Below, piece after piece: positions 19,157 to 28,794 of a stretch of 45,521 nucleotides of DNA. A program made the position numbers and the translations under genes. The DNA comes from an uncultured Candidatus Cloacimonadota bacterium (GTDB lineage Bacteria > Cloacimonadota > Cloacimonadia > JGIOTU-2): positions 1 through 45,521 of the forward strand of contig CAYUTH010000002.1 of NCBI GenBank assembly GCA_964447485.1, in the 5' to 3' direction. Within the stretch, counting starts at the first letter, position 1. Each line of letters begins with the position of its first letter. Below the pieces are notes generated by a model. The model was not told the DNA's origin and searched no databases. It was given only the letters and a program-made list of their open reading frames with translations.

Positions 19157-21403
19157 ATGTCTAAAATAAATATTCTTTACATCATCTGGTCATTGGGTTT
19201 TGGGGGGGCAGAAAAGGTTGTTATCGACCTATGCAAAAAAATAGATAAGGATAAATTTCATCCAACAGTCTGTTGCCTTAACGATAAGGGGGTATTTGCT
19301 GATGAATTAGAAGATGTTGGAATCGAAGTGATACCTTTATATAAAAAGCCAAAATTTGATCCATACATAATTTGCAAAATTTATAAACTCATTAAAAATA
19401 AACAAATTGATCTCGTGCATACTCATCTATGGACTGCTAATTTCTGGGGAAGAATTGCTGCCTATTTATCCAGAGTAAAAGTAATTATTGCCAGCGAGCA
19501 TACAACTGATGAAAATCGTTCCTGGTATTATCATCTTGCAGATAGAATGCTCGCAAGGATCTCGACTAAAATAATCGCCGTCTCATCAAGTGTGAAAAAA
19601 TTTCATATGGGGCGCTCAAAAATTCCATCATGTAAATATAGGATTATCAACAACGGCATCGAGATCGAAAAATTCAATGTCTCCATTAATAGGATTCAGA
19701 AAAGAAATGAGCTCGATTTTAAACCAAACGAATTTGTGATAGGTCTTTTTGGTCGTTTTGTCCCGGCAAAAGCCCATGAGGTTCTCCTTCAATCATTGAA
19801 AGAAGTAATACATACATATCCACAAGTGAAAGTCCTTTTTGTGGGCAGCGGTCCAACTGAAGATCATATTAAAATGATGGCTTCAGATATGGGATTAATG
19901 GAACATGTGACATTTGCAGGTTTCAGGAAAGACGTGCCTGAGTTATTTCGTATCCTGGATCTATTCGTACTCACTTCCATCCGGGAAGGATTTCCTATCA
20001 CAGTACTGGAAGCGATGGCTTCCGGAGTTCCGATAATAGTAACAAACGTCGGAGGTAATTCCGATATAATCTGCGATAAGGAAACCGGATTTATAATTGA
20101 ACCAAATGACGTTGCTGAGTTGAGTAGGCGAATTAAATATATAATAGAACATCCAGAACAAGTTGAAAGTATTATAAATAATGCTTCAAAAACCGTAAAA
20201 AGAAATTTCACTTCTAAGATAATGACCAAGGCTACCGAAGGATTGATCAGTGAATTATATTATAAAGATTTTTCATCTCCCTCAAAAATCAGACTTCTCT
20301 TTGTTATCGATAACCTGAATCCCGGTGGATCTCCCCGTCAATTGATCGAGCTTGCCACAAGATTGCAGAAGGATAGATACAATATCACTGTTTGTAGTCT
20401 CGACAAAAATAATAATGCATTAGCTTCCAGTCTTGAAGGTGCGGGTATTCCACTTGTTTCATTAGCTCAACATGGTTTCTTTGATCTAAAAACTTTAATT
20501 TCTTTGTATAAATTTATTAAAAAGAATACATTTGATATCGTTCATACCTACCTGTTTACCGCAGATACATACGGAAGAATCTGTGCAATACTCACGCGGA
20601 CGCCAGTTGTTATAGCATCGATGAGGAGTGTTGATACGTGGAAGAATCATCTACACAAACTCACGGATAGGATTCTTGCTTTAGGAACTGATAAAATTGT
20701 CGTAAATGCACAGGAGATACAAAATTTTCTACAAAAATTCGAAAAGATACCCTTCCAAAAAATCGAAGTGATCTATAATGGAATTGATGAAAATTTGTTT
20801 GAGCTAAAGGTAAATTCAGAAAAAATTAGAACAGGTTTAGGTCTTAAAAATGAAGATTTATTAGTCGGCATCTTTGCACGAAACGATCCGGTGAAAGATC
20901 ATAAGACATTTTTTCATGCAGCCAAGATCATATTGGAAAGTACATCAAATGTTACATTCCTCGCAATGGGTTATTGCATGAACACTCCTTCTATGAATGA
21001 GCTCGTGCATAAACTTGGCATTCAAGACAATGTCATCTTAAAAGACCACTCACCGGATTATCTTAGCTATCTGGCTAGTGTTGATATTTCTGTAATTTCT
21101 TCATTGGTCGAGGGCTGCTCGAATGTAATACTGGAATCCATGGCGCTTAGAATACCGGTCATTGCAACAAATGTCGGAGGTAATCCAGAATTAGTTATTG
21201 ATAAGCAAACAGGATATTTATTTCCCCCTAAGAATCCAGCGGTGTTGTCAGTAGAAATTATCGAACTGCTTCAGAATCCTCTAGTAAGAAAAGAAATGGG
21301 AAACAGGGGTTTTATAAGAGCTAAAAAAGTATTTTCTATGGGGAGCATGATTAATGATACAGATTCCTTGTATAAAGAATGTCTAAGAAGAAAAAAACTT
21401 TGA
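19157..21403 (+). CDS. Tandem GT4-GT4 fusion glycosyltransferase
   Basis: Module 1 has ILYIIWSLGFGGAEKVV ... REGFPITVLEAMASGVPIIVTNVGGNSDII. Module 2 (from about residue 376) has IRLLFVIDNLNPGGSPRQL ... VEGCSNVILESMALRIPVIATNVGGNPELV. This is one 748-codon ORF. Confidence 0.85.
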   Translation: MSKINILYIIWSLGFGGAEKVVIDLCKKIDKDKFHPTVCCLNDKGVFADELEDVGIEVIPLYKKPKFDPYIICKIYKLIKNKQIDLVHTHLWTANFWGRIAAYLSRVKVIIASEHTTDENRSWYYHLADRMLARISTKIIAVSSSVKKFHMGRSKIPSCKYRIINNGIEIEKFNVSINRIQKRNELDFKPNEFVIGLFGRFVPAKAHEVLLQSLKEVIHTYPQVKVLFVGSGPTEDHIKMMASDMGLMEHVTFAGFRKDVPELFRILDLFVLTSIREGFPITVLEAMASGVPIIVTNVGGNSDIICDKETGFIIEPNDVAELSRRIKYIIEHPEQVESIINNASKTVKRNFTSKIMTKATEGLISELYYKDFSSPSKIRLLFVIDNLNPGGSPRQLIELATRLQKDRYNITVCSLDKNNNALASSLEGAGIPLVSLAQHGFFDLKTLISLYKFIKKNTFDIVHTYLFTADTYGRICAILTRTPVVIASMRSVDTWKNHLHKLTDRILALGTDKIVVNAQEIQNFLQKFEKIPFQKIEVIYNGIDENLFELKVNSEKIRTGLGLKNEDLLVGIFARNDPVKDHKTFFHAAKIILESTSNVTFLAMGYCMNTPSMNELVHKLGIQDNVILKDHSPDYLSYLASVDISVISSLVEGCSNVILESMALRIPVIATNVGGNPELVIDKQTGYLFPPKNPAVLSVEIIELLQNPLVRKEMGNRGFIRAKKVFSMGSMINDTDSLYKECLRRKKL

Positions 21404-21498
21404 TTAAAATTTATCATATTTATATATTTGCATTATATAAAAATTATGAATATAAAATGATAAACTCGGCAGGTAAATAAAAAAAGAATGCAGGCATC

Positions 21499-23409
21499 AT
21501 GAAATTTTACAAAAGAGATTTTATTTCAATACTTATTGTTGGAGTCGTTATTATTGTATTTCACGTTCTGGACATTTTTCCATATATCGCTCAAATCTTC
21601 AAACCCATACAGGACAGTGTCTATGATTCAATCGAGGATGCTGGAGATGTTTTTAAGGAAGCAGAGCAGAAGGGATATAGCCCTGAAGGCGGGTTCCTTA
21701 TGCTCAGTGATTTTGAAACTCCCGAAGAACTTCAAAAATGGCGTTATGCTGATGTCATACTTTACCAGTCAAACCAGTTTGTCTCAAGCGGCAGCCAGTC
21801 AGGGAAAGTAGAATTTCTTGCTCATCGTGGTGATGCTCCCAAACTTTTTCTCCAGTACTTCCCAAAACGCTGGTCAAATTTTGTGGCTCTAAACTTCGAA
21901 ATCTATAATCCGTCCGAATCAAAAACAAGGATTATTCTCCAAATAAAAGACCGAAGCGAAAAAAGATTCAAATACGATCTATATCTTGAACCAAAACAAT
22001 GGAACCAGTACTCAATACCAATTGACGATATGTCCGATGAGATAGATATTAAAAAAATAGTAGATCTAAATTTTTTCCAATGGAAACCATCTCAAGACGC
22101 AGTGGTTTATATTGATGATGTGAAACTCATCACTTCTCAGTTTGAAGACCAAAAAGTATATGCGAACCCTACACAAACCCAGCAAAAGGTAAAAAATATT
22201 ACTTCTCAGCAGGAACGTGAGATCACAAAAACAAATTATTCTCAAGGAGACGCTGTTACGTTCAGAGTCAAAAACCCAAACAAGATCGGCATCAGCAATA
22301 CACCTTGCACGGGAGTAATAGAGTTTCCTTCAGGAAAAGTATATGAGAAAACAATTCTTCTTCTCAAAGAACCATCCGGTCAGGATATTCCGTATCAGAT
22401 CAAAGCGAACACCACCTGGAACGATGGTAGCTTTAAAGAATCTCAGATCGATTTTCAAACGAGCTTCAAGGCAAATGAGGATAAGCAATTCGCTCTTCTT
22501 TATGGCAAAGATCTGGCAAAAATGAATTTCAAATCGGGCGTTACTATCCGTTACAAAGAAAATGTTATTCAAGTGAGTACTGGTAAACTACGCTTTGAGT
22601 TAAGCAAAAGCCATTTTACCCTATTGGATAAAGCCTGGCTGGATGCAAATGGCGATGGTTACTATTCCGATAATGAACTCGTGTCTGAAGGCGAAGACAT
22701 CATCATGACATATAATGGAATCCTTTATCAGAGTTCTTATGATTACTCTACGTACAACATTGAGATGGTTGAAGCTGGTCCTTTACGCTCGACATTCCAG
22801 GCAGAGGGTTACCTTAGAAGTAGCAGTGGTTATGACCTCTGCAAATTTGTTGCCCTTATCACGGCATTTGCAGAACAAAGCTTCGTAGAAGTATCATTAG
22901 ACTTCATTTTCTCGCGAACTGCCCCCATTGAATCTGCAGCAATTTTCGTGCCCTATTCAGAAGAAATCTCACAGGTCTATTCTCCAAATACTGGTGTGCA
23001 GATGGATCTTCCGGTTATTATTTATCAGTCTGATATTGAAAAATCTGAAGTGCGGAATCAGGGAAGAAAATTATTTTTCGACCAAGATCTTTCTCGTTGG
23101 GTAGACGCAAGCAATCCTAAAGGCGGTATCATGGTTGCAGTTAAACCTTACTGGGACCTCAGCCAATTCGGTTATTATATACAGGAACAGGATGTAACAC
23201 TTATGCTATGGCCGCCTTTTGCTCAAGAAATAGACATCAAATATACTCTGCAATACAAAATGACGCGCAACTATGAAAACCGAAGAAATCAGGATTTCGG
23301 CAGAACTCACGACATTCTCATCTATTTCCACTCCAGTGACATCGAACAACTCAAAACCACAGAGGTTGCCGAAGCATTTCTGCATCCGGTCACATTTATT
23401 TCACAATAG
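21499..23409 (+). CDS. Membrane-anchored extracytoplasmic protein of unknown function with an N-terminal CBM-like beta-sandwich region
   Basis: There is a single N-terminal TM helix (ISILIVGVVIIVFHVLDIF). Residues of about 60-215 (KVEFLAHRGDAPKLFLQYFPKRWSNFVALNFEIYNP...VVYIDDVKLI) look like a carbohydrate-binding jelly-roll. I could not assign the remaining 400 aa. Confidence 0.5.
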   Translation: MKFYKRDFISILIVGVVIIVFHVLDIFPYIAQIFKPIQDSVYDSIEDAGDVFKEAEQKGYSPEGGFLMLSDFETPEELQKWRYADVILYQSNQFVSSGSQSGKVEFLAHRGDAPKLFLQYFPKRWSNFVALNFEIYNPSESKTRIILQIKDRSEKRFKYDLYLEPKQWNQYSIPIDDMSDEIDIKKIVDLNFFQWKPSQDAVVYIDDVKLITSQFEDQKVYANPTQTQQKVKNITSQQEREITKTNYSQGDAVTFRVKNPNKIGISNTPCTGVIEFPSGKVYEKTILLLKEPSGQDIPYQIKANTTWNDGSFKESQIDFQTSFKANEDKQFALLYGKDLAKMNFKSGVTIRYKENVIQVSTGKLRFELSKSHFTLLDKAWLDANGDGYYSDNELVSEGEDIIMTYNGILYQSSYDYSTYNIEMVEAGPLRSTFQAEGYLRSSSGYDLCKFVALITAFAEQSFVEVSLDFIFSRTAPIESAAIFVPYSEEISQVYSPNTGVQMDLPVIIYQSDIEKSEVRNQGRKLFFDQDLSRWVDASNPKGGIMVAVKPYWDLSQFGYYIQEQDVTLMLWPPFAQEIDIKYTLQYKMTRNYENRRNQDFGRTHDILIYFHSSDIEQLKTTEVAEAFLHPVTFISQ

Positions 23410-23412
23410 TAT

Positions 23413-24180
23413 ATGACTTCCCAGGCAGTTCCCTTTCTGATGTACCATAACATCTTACCTGAAGGCGATCCATACACTATTACAAAGGAAATGTTCCGGG
23501 AACAGATGGCATTGTTAAAAGAGAATGACTACAATGTGATCGCAGTAAGAGATTTTGTGTCGCAACAAAAAACATTTGAGAAGCAGACAAAAAAAATTGT
23601 GTGCCTGACCTTTGATGACGGGTATTCTAATAATTTTGAATATTGCCTACCCGAGCTGGAGAAATATAATTTTAAAGCCACTTTCTATGTCACAACATCT
23701 TTGATAAATTCTGAGATGGGATTTACAGAGGATCAGGTACGTACACTCTCAGAAAAAGGTATGGAAATCGGGTCTCATACGGTAAATCATGTCTTTCTTT
23801 CAAATCTTACAGATGACAAATTATATTATGAATTGGAAGAATCCAAAAAGCAGCTTGAAGATATTATTCAAAAACCCGTAACAAGTCTTTCGCTTCCCGG
23901 TGGAAGAGGGAATAAAAGAATTTTTACAGCAGCACAAAAAGCCGGATACGACACACTCTGCACATCTGTATATCACCCTAATGATGCCGACACATATCTC
24001 TTTTCTCTAGGACGGATACCTATAAAAAGAGACTGCACAATAGAACTGTTTGAGAGAATTGTATCTCTCGATCTTTCTGTCTGGAAATCAATGAAATTCA
24101 GACAGGATATAAAATTTATTATTCAGAGAATTCTTGGCAACAAGTTGTATCACTCGATCATGCTGATGAAGTACGAGTAA
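23413..24180 (+). CDS. Polysaccharide deacetylase (CE4, NodB homology domain)
   Basis: Motifs present are LTFDDGYSNN, ATFYV, IGSHTVNH and LSLPGG. Confidence 0.85.
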   Translation: MTSQAVPFLMYHNILPEGDPYTITKEMFREQMALLKENDYNVIAVRDFVSQQKTFEKQTKKIVCLTFDDGYSNNFEYCLPELEKYNFKATFYVTTSLINSEMGFTEDQVRTLSEKGMEIGSHTVNHVFLSNLTDDKLYYELEESKKQLEDIIQKPVTSLSLPGGRGNKRIFTAAQKAGYDTLCTSVYHPNDADTYLFSLGRIPIKRDCTIELFERIVSLDLSVWKSMKFRQDIKFIIQRILGNKLYHSIMLMKYE

Positions 24181-24181
24181 T

Positions 24182-25339
24182 ATGGGCTGGATAATTGCAT
24201 TCTGGATCTCAGGCATAGTGCTCTTCTATGTCTATTTAGGATATCCTATACTGATACTATTTCTATCAAAATTGCTTCCCAAACCATATGTGAAATTCTC
24301 TGATGAAGAGCTGCAAAACACCTCACTGCTTCCTTCGATTAGCATTTTTATACCTGCCTACAATGAAGAACCTGTTATAGAGAAAAAGATCCGCAACACA
24401 TTGGAACTCGATTATCCGAAAGATAAGATCGAGATCGTCGTCGCTTCTGACGGTTCTCATGACAAAACAGTCGAGATTGCCAAGCTCTATTCTGATAAAA
24501 TCCAGATTATGGCTTACGCTGTGCGTGAGGGAAAAACGGGCTTGATCAACAAAACAATTCCAAAACTCAAGGGCGAGATCATAATTTTTTCCGATGCTTC
24601 AGCAATGCTTGCAGTAAATGCCCTGAAAGAGCTTATCGCTCCTTTTAAAGACCCTGAGGTCGGCAGCGTATCCGGGCTCTATATTCTTCGGGATGCGACA
24701 TCGACTTCCCGCGCAGAGGGTGAGGGCTTTTACTGGCATTATGAGACCTTCCTCAAGACCAATGAAAGCAAATTCTACTCAATATTAGGAGCTCATGGTG
24801 CTCTGTATGCCTTAAAAAAATCTCTCTTCCGAACGCTTCCTCCCAACGCTATCAATGATGATTATATTCTTCCTATGTGTGGAGTTCAGCAAAAGAAACG
24901 CGCAGTGTATGAGCCCAAGGCGATTGCGGTGGAAGAAGGCACAACCTCAGTTCGGGGGGAGATGAAACGCCGCATACGCATTTCGGTCGGCAATTTTCAG
25001 CAACTCGTTCTTTTAAGGGGACTGCTCAATCCCTTCCGCGGGAGAATTGCTTTTGAATTTCTCTCTCATAAATTTCTCAGAAGCTTTTCATTCCTCTTTA
25101 TTATCATACTTTTCTTTTCAAATATCTTTATCCCAATTACAGGATTTCGTATATTTTTTCTTTTCCAAATCCTCTTCTACCTACTCGGGTTGGGAGGTGC
25201 CATATTCTTCAAGAATAAAAAGATGCCTGTTATAATCACAGTTCCTTTCTACCTGGTTATAATCAATTATGCAGCTTTCATCGGGCTGTTCAAATATATT
25301 TCTCATACACAGAAAGTTACCTGGGAAAAACCACAGTGA
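24182..25339 (+). CDS. Membrane-embedded family-2 glycosyltransferase, processive synthase type (COG1215, PgaC/IcaA/cellulose-synthase-like)
   Basis: An N-terminal TM helix is followed by ISIFIPAYNEE, VASDGSHDKT, IIFSDASA and NDDYILPM, then RRIRISVGNFQ in the position of the Q/RxxRW motif (the W is not conserved). There are 3-4 C-terminal TM helices. Confidence 0.8.
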   Translation: MGWIIAFWISGIVLFYVYLGYPILILFLSKLLPKPYVKFSDEELQNTSLLPSISIFIPAYNEEPVIEKKIRNTLELDYPKDKIEIVVASDGSHDKTVEIAKLYSDKIQIMAYAVREGKTGLINKTIPKLKGEIIIFSDASAMLAVNALKELIAPFKDPEVGSVSGLYILRDATSTSRAEGEGFYWHYETFLKTNESKFYSILGAHGALYALKKSLFRTLPPNAINDDYILPMCGVQQKKRAVYEPKAIAVEEGTTSVRGEMKRRIRISVGNFQQLVLLRGLLNPFRGRIAFEFLSHKFLRSFSFLFIIILFFSNIFIPITGFRIFFLFQILFYLLGLGGAIFFKNKKMPVIITVPFYLVIINYAAFIGLFKYISHTQKVTWEKPQ

Positions 25340-26559
25340 GTAAGTACTACATCCGGCTTGCACGAACATATCTGACATCCGGAAATCACAAATTCCTTTC
25401 CTTTGGCAATGTCATTTCGGTTGTTGGAATTTTTCTTGGAGTATTTGCTCTTATTGTAGTTATGTCCGTGATGAACGGGCTGGAAGAGGATATTACAGAA
25501 CGAATCATTGGACTGCATTCAGAGATTAAGATCTATGCAAAGGATTTTGCACCGCTTACGAACTGGCAAAATATTGAGAAAGATATCCAAAACAAAGCAA
25601 TAACCGGGATCAGCCCTATTGTGCAAGCAGAACTCATGCTTCTCCACGAGAAAAAGGTAAGCGGCACTATCTGCCAGGGCATTAATCTCTCAAAGCATGA
25701 CGACATCACATTTTTAATGAAACGAATATACATCGGCGCACCGACACAAGAGGAACTAAATGATGGTATAATCGTCGGTTCCGACCTCGCGCTTATTCTC
25801 GGTGTGAACTGGGGAGATGAACTGACTCTCACGTCCCCGATTGCAGATCAACCGACACCATTTGGCATGATGCCGAAAAGTATAACCTTGAAAGTTGTGG
25901 GACTATTCTACACGGGCATACCTGAATACGACATGAAATATTCGTATACAGACCTTCATACTCTTCAAAAATTTCAAAATATGGGTGATGCTATTTCGTA
26001 TCTTGGGATTAAAACAGTTTCCCCAAAAAAGTCCCTCCGGGTAGCAAAGAATATCAGAACTAAACTCGGGGATTCCTATGATGTGCTGGATTGGAGAGAG
26101 TTTGAGAAGCATCTTTTCACTGCCATCCGGTTCGAGAAAAAGATCATGTTCCTCGTACTTGTGCTTATTTTTCTTATTGCTGCCTTTAATATGATCGGAA
26201 ATTATCTCAAACTCGTTGCTCAGAAACGTCAGGATATCGGCATACTCAAATCCTTTGGCGCAAAGAAGAAAGACGTCATGAGAATATTTTTATTCAATGG
26301 GATCTTCATCTATCTGATAGGAACCGTTGCCGGTTTTATTGTGTCTCTTGGACTACTCGCGGCTCAAATAAAATGGCAGTTCATACATATTCCTATATCC
26401 GGAATGCCTTTTCAATCCCTCCCTGTGAAAATCGAGCTCTTTGACCTGCTTCTCGTTGCGCTCGCATCATTCATTATCACGCTGCTCACCACACTGATCC
26501 CGGCACGGCGCACCATGAATATCGATGCGATAAAGGTCATTCAGGAAGCAGAAGAATAG
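25336..26559 (+). CDS. LolC/LolE-family lipoprotein-release permease (FtsX/MacB-type)
   Basis: The N-terminus is YIRLARTYLTSGNHKFLSFGNVISVVGIFLGVFALIVVMSVMNGLEE. It has a large periplasmic domain and a C-terminal FtsX-type helix bundle with ILKSFGAKKKDV. The GTG start overlaps the stop of the preceding GT2. Confidence 0.8.
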   Translation: MSKYYIRLARTYLTSGNHKFLSFGNVISVVGIFLGVFALIVVMSVMNGLEEDITERIIGLHSEIKIYAKDFAPLTNWQNIEKDIQNKAITGISPIVQAELMLLHEKKVSGTICQGINLSKHDDITFLMKRIYIGAPTQEELNDGIIVGSDLALILGVNWGDELTLTSPIADQPTPFGMMPKSITLKVVGLFYTGIPEYDMKYSYTDLHTLQKFQNMGDAISYLGIKTVSPKKSLRVAKNIRTKLGDSYDVLDWREFEKHLFTAIRFEKKIMFLVLVLIFLIAAFNMIGNYLKLVAQKRQDIGILKSFGAKKKDVMRIFLFNGIFIYLIGTVAGFIVSLGLLAAQIKWQFIHIPISGMPFQSLPVKIELFDLLLVALASFIITLLTTLIPARRTMNIDAIKVIQEAEE

Positions 26560-26568
26560 AGTCATTAA

Positions 26569-27204
26569 TTAAGTTTCCTCTTTAAACAATATTTCATCGA
26601 CACATTCCTTTGCACAAGTATAAGAAAATCCTTTTCTCTGCAAAAATGCGAGCGCTTTATTTCTTCGCTCACGCGGCTCCAATTTCATATATTTTATCTT
26701 TCTTTTTGAGAGTTCCCTCACTGCCATCTCATGCTCTGTCTCTCCAGAAAGATACTTTTCGCTCAATCCTTGAATGATTTCGTTTGAAATCCCTTTTTGC
26801 TTTAACTTCTGTGTGATTGCATAGTTCCCTTGCGGATGGTGTGAGATCAGATCCAGCATATAGGACTCAGCAAAATCTTTATCATTGATGAATCCTTTTT
26901 CCTGATATTTGATAATGAGCGTATCAATTGTTGGCTGTGAAATTTTTTTGCTTGTGAGTTTTCTTAAAATTTCCTTTTTTGAGCGGAACCGGTATTTGAG
27001 AAATTCCAGGAGAATATATTCTGCTTCAAAGAATTCAATATTCCTGCGCAGTTCATAAAATTCATCGGGCTGGAAAATTCGCCCTTGCTCCAGCCCGAAT
27101 TTTTGTAATACGTTCTTTGATGAGACCGAAAAACCGAACTCATCATCGATGAAAATATCGTATAAGCGTTTATTTTTTCTCTTGCTTATCCTTGTTAACT
27201 TCAT
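26569..27204 (-). CDS. recX: RecX-family regulator of RecA
   Basis: 211 aa with helical repeats, lying immediately downstream of recA and overlapping it by 35 nt. The repeat pattern (…[12 protein letters not shown]…, …[15 protein letters not shown]…, …[12 protein letters not shown]) is typical of RecX. Confidence 0.75.
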   Translation of the reverse strand: MKLTRISKRKNKRLYDIFIDDEFGFSVSSKNVLQKFGLEQGRIFQPDEFYELRRNIEFFEAEYILLEFLKYRFRSKKEILRKLTSKKISQPTIDTLIIKYQEKGFINDKDFAESYMLDLISHHPQGNYAITQKLKQKGISNEIIQGLSEKYLSGETEHEMAVRELSKRKIKYMKLEPRERRNKALAFLQRKGFSYTCAKECVDEILFKEET

Positions 27205-28213
27205 TTTTTGCAGGTGTCTCTATACCGAGTGCTTTTTTCACTTTTTTCTCAATCTGATCTTTGACCTTTGGATTCTCACGCAGATAATCTTGCGTCTGAT
27301 CCTTACCCTGACCAAGCTGAGTGTTCTCATAAGAATACCACGAGCCCTTCTTCTGGATGATCTTCGCATTCACAGCTTCATCCACGAGAATGCCAAGTGA
27401 TGAGATGCCCTTCCCGTAGATAATATCAAATTGAACGGAACGGAAAGGAGGGGCAAGCTTATTCTTCACGATCTTAACCCAGATCACGTTGCCGAGGATT
27501 TCGTTTGTTGCACTTTTAATCTTGGGTCCGGCTTTTACTTCGATGCGTACTGAGGAATAGAATTTCAGTGCCACACCACCGGTGGTCGTCCTGGGATTCA
27601 TATAAGGGGTGACGCCGATCTTCATACGTGTCTGGTTAATGAAGATAAGTGCACAGTTAGATTTACCGATCACGCCTGTGAGTTTGCGCAGCGCTTGTGA
27701 CATGAGACGTGCCTGCAGCCCGACATGGGAATCTCCCATATCTCCTTCAATTTCCGTTTGAGGAACGAGTGCTGCAACCGAGTCCACAATAATCAGATCG
27801 ACAGCATTGCTCCGCACCAGTGTTTCTACGATCTCAAGTGCTTGTTCTCCATTGTCCGGCTGGGAGATGAGCATTTCATCGGTATTGATGCCGAGTTTTT
27901 TGGCATAATTGGGATCCAGCGCATGTTCAGCATCAATAAAGGCAATCACACCGCCCAGTTTCTGAGCTTCGGCTGCAATATGCAAAGCGAGCGTGGTTTT
28001 ACCAGATGCTTCTTCACCATAAATTTCCGAGATCCTTCCGCGGGGAATTCCACCCACACCAAGGGCAGCATCAAGATTGATCGCTCCGGTAGGGATGGTT
28101 TCTATATCAACGAGAGTGCCATCACCAAGCCGCATGATCGAGCCCTCGCCGTATTTTTTGCGGATCTGACCCATAGCAGTATCTAAGGATTCTTTGTAGT
28201 CTTCCTTTTTCAT
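27170..28213 (-). CDS. recA: Recombinase RecA
   Basis: Motifs present are [20 protein letters not shown] (Walker A), [21 protein letters not shown] and [11 protein letters not shown]. Confidence 0.98.
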   Translation of the reverse strand: MKKEDYKESLDTAMGQIRKKYGEGSIMRLGDGTLVDIETIPTGAINLDAALGVGGIPRGRISEIYGEEASGKTTLALHIAAEAQKLGGVIAFIDAEHALDPNYAKKLGINTDEMLISQPDNGEQALEIVETLVRSNAVDLIIVDSVAALVPQTEIEGDMGDSHVGLQARLMSQALRKLTGVIGKSNCALIFINQTRMKIGVTPYMNPRTTTGGVALKFYSSVRIEVKAGPKIKSATNEILGNVIWVKIVKNKLAPPFRSVQFDIIYGKGISSLGILVDEAVNAKIIQKKGSWYSYENTQLGQGKDQTQDYLRENPKVKDQIEKKVKKALGIETPAKNEVNKDKQEKK

Positions 28214-28794
28214 TATATATTACCTCCGTAATTTTTTGCCTTCTCTAAATTAAATGTTTTTAAAATTGAATATATTGGACCTGAGGACGTGAGCTGGCTT
28301 TTGAATAACGTGAGCTCATTGCATTGGACAATGTCATCGACAGGTATTAAGTTGGAAGAAATTTTCTCCCATTCGATATTTCGGACAAATTTAATTCTGC
28401 CAATTGTTGTATGCAGAGCCAAAGGGCGTTTCTCTTTACTGAACCCGAGATCATACAATGCCATGTCAACATCCTTGAAAAGCTGCGCTGCAGAATCTGT
28501 CTCATCTTTCATATCATACCAGATAAGGCGCGGACGCTCCGGATTGGGTATCATTTCTGCTTCTTTAAAGGAAATTGCAAATGGAGTATGTTCAATTGTG
28601 ACTCCTACTACGGATGTATAAATATCCTCCAGAATACGCTCGTTCACATCGCCCAAAAATTTGAAAGTCACGTGCAGATTTTTCTTATCAACCCACTTGA
28701 TCCCTTTTGGAATGTGACCTTTCAAAATTTCAATATTGCGCGCAATACGGGTTTTAAGTTCCTCGGGAAAATCAATTGCCAGAAAGAGTCTCAT
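28213..28794 (-). CDS. thpR: RNA 2',3'-cyclic phosphodiesterase (2H family, ThpR/LigT)
   Basis: It starts [10 protein letters not shown] and has the two HxT/S motifs HVTFKFLG and HTTIGR. Its stop overlaps the recA start (TAATG). Confidence 0.85.
   Translation of the reverse strand: MRLFLAIDFPEELKTRIARNIEILKGHIPKGIKWVDKKNLHVTFKFLGDVNERILEDIYTSVVGVTIEHTPFAISFKEAEMIPNPERPRLIWYDMKDETDSAAQLFKDVDMALYDLGFSKEKRPLALHTTIGRIKFVRNIEWEKISSNLIPVDDIVQCNELTLFKSQLTSSGPIYSILKTFNLEKAKNYGGNI

Noticed and set aside
27725-28186. 153-aa plus-strand ORF inside recA
   Set aside because: It is antisense to an unambiguous recA coding frame and is a shadow ORF.
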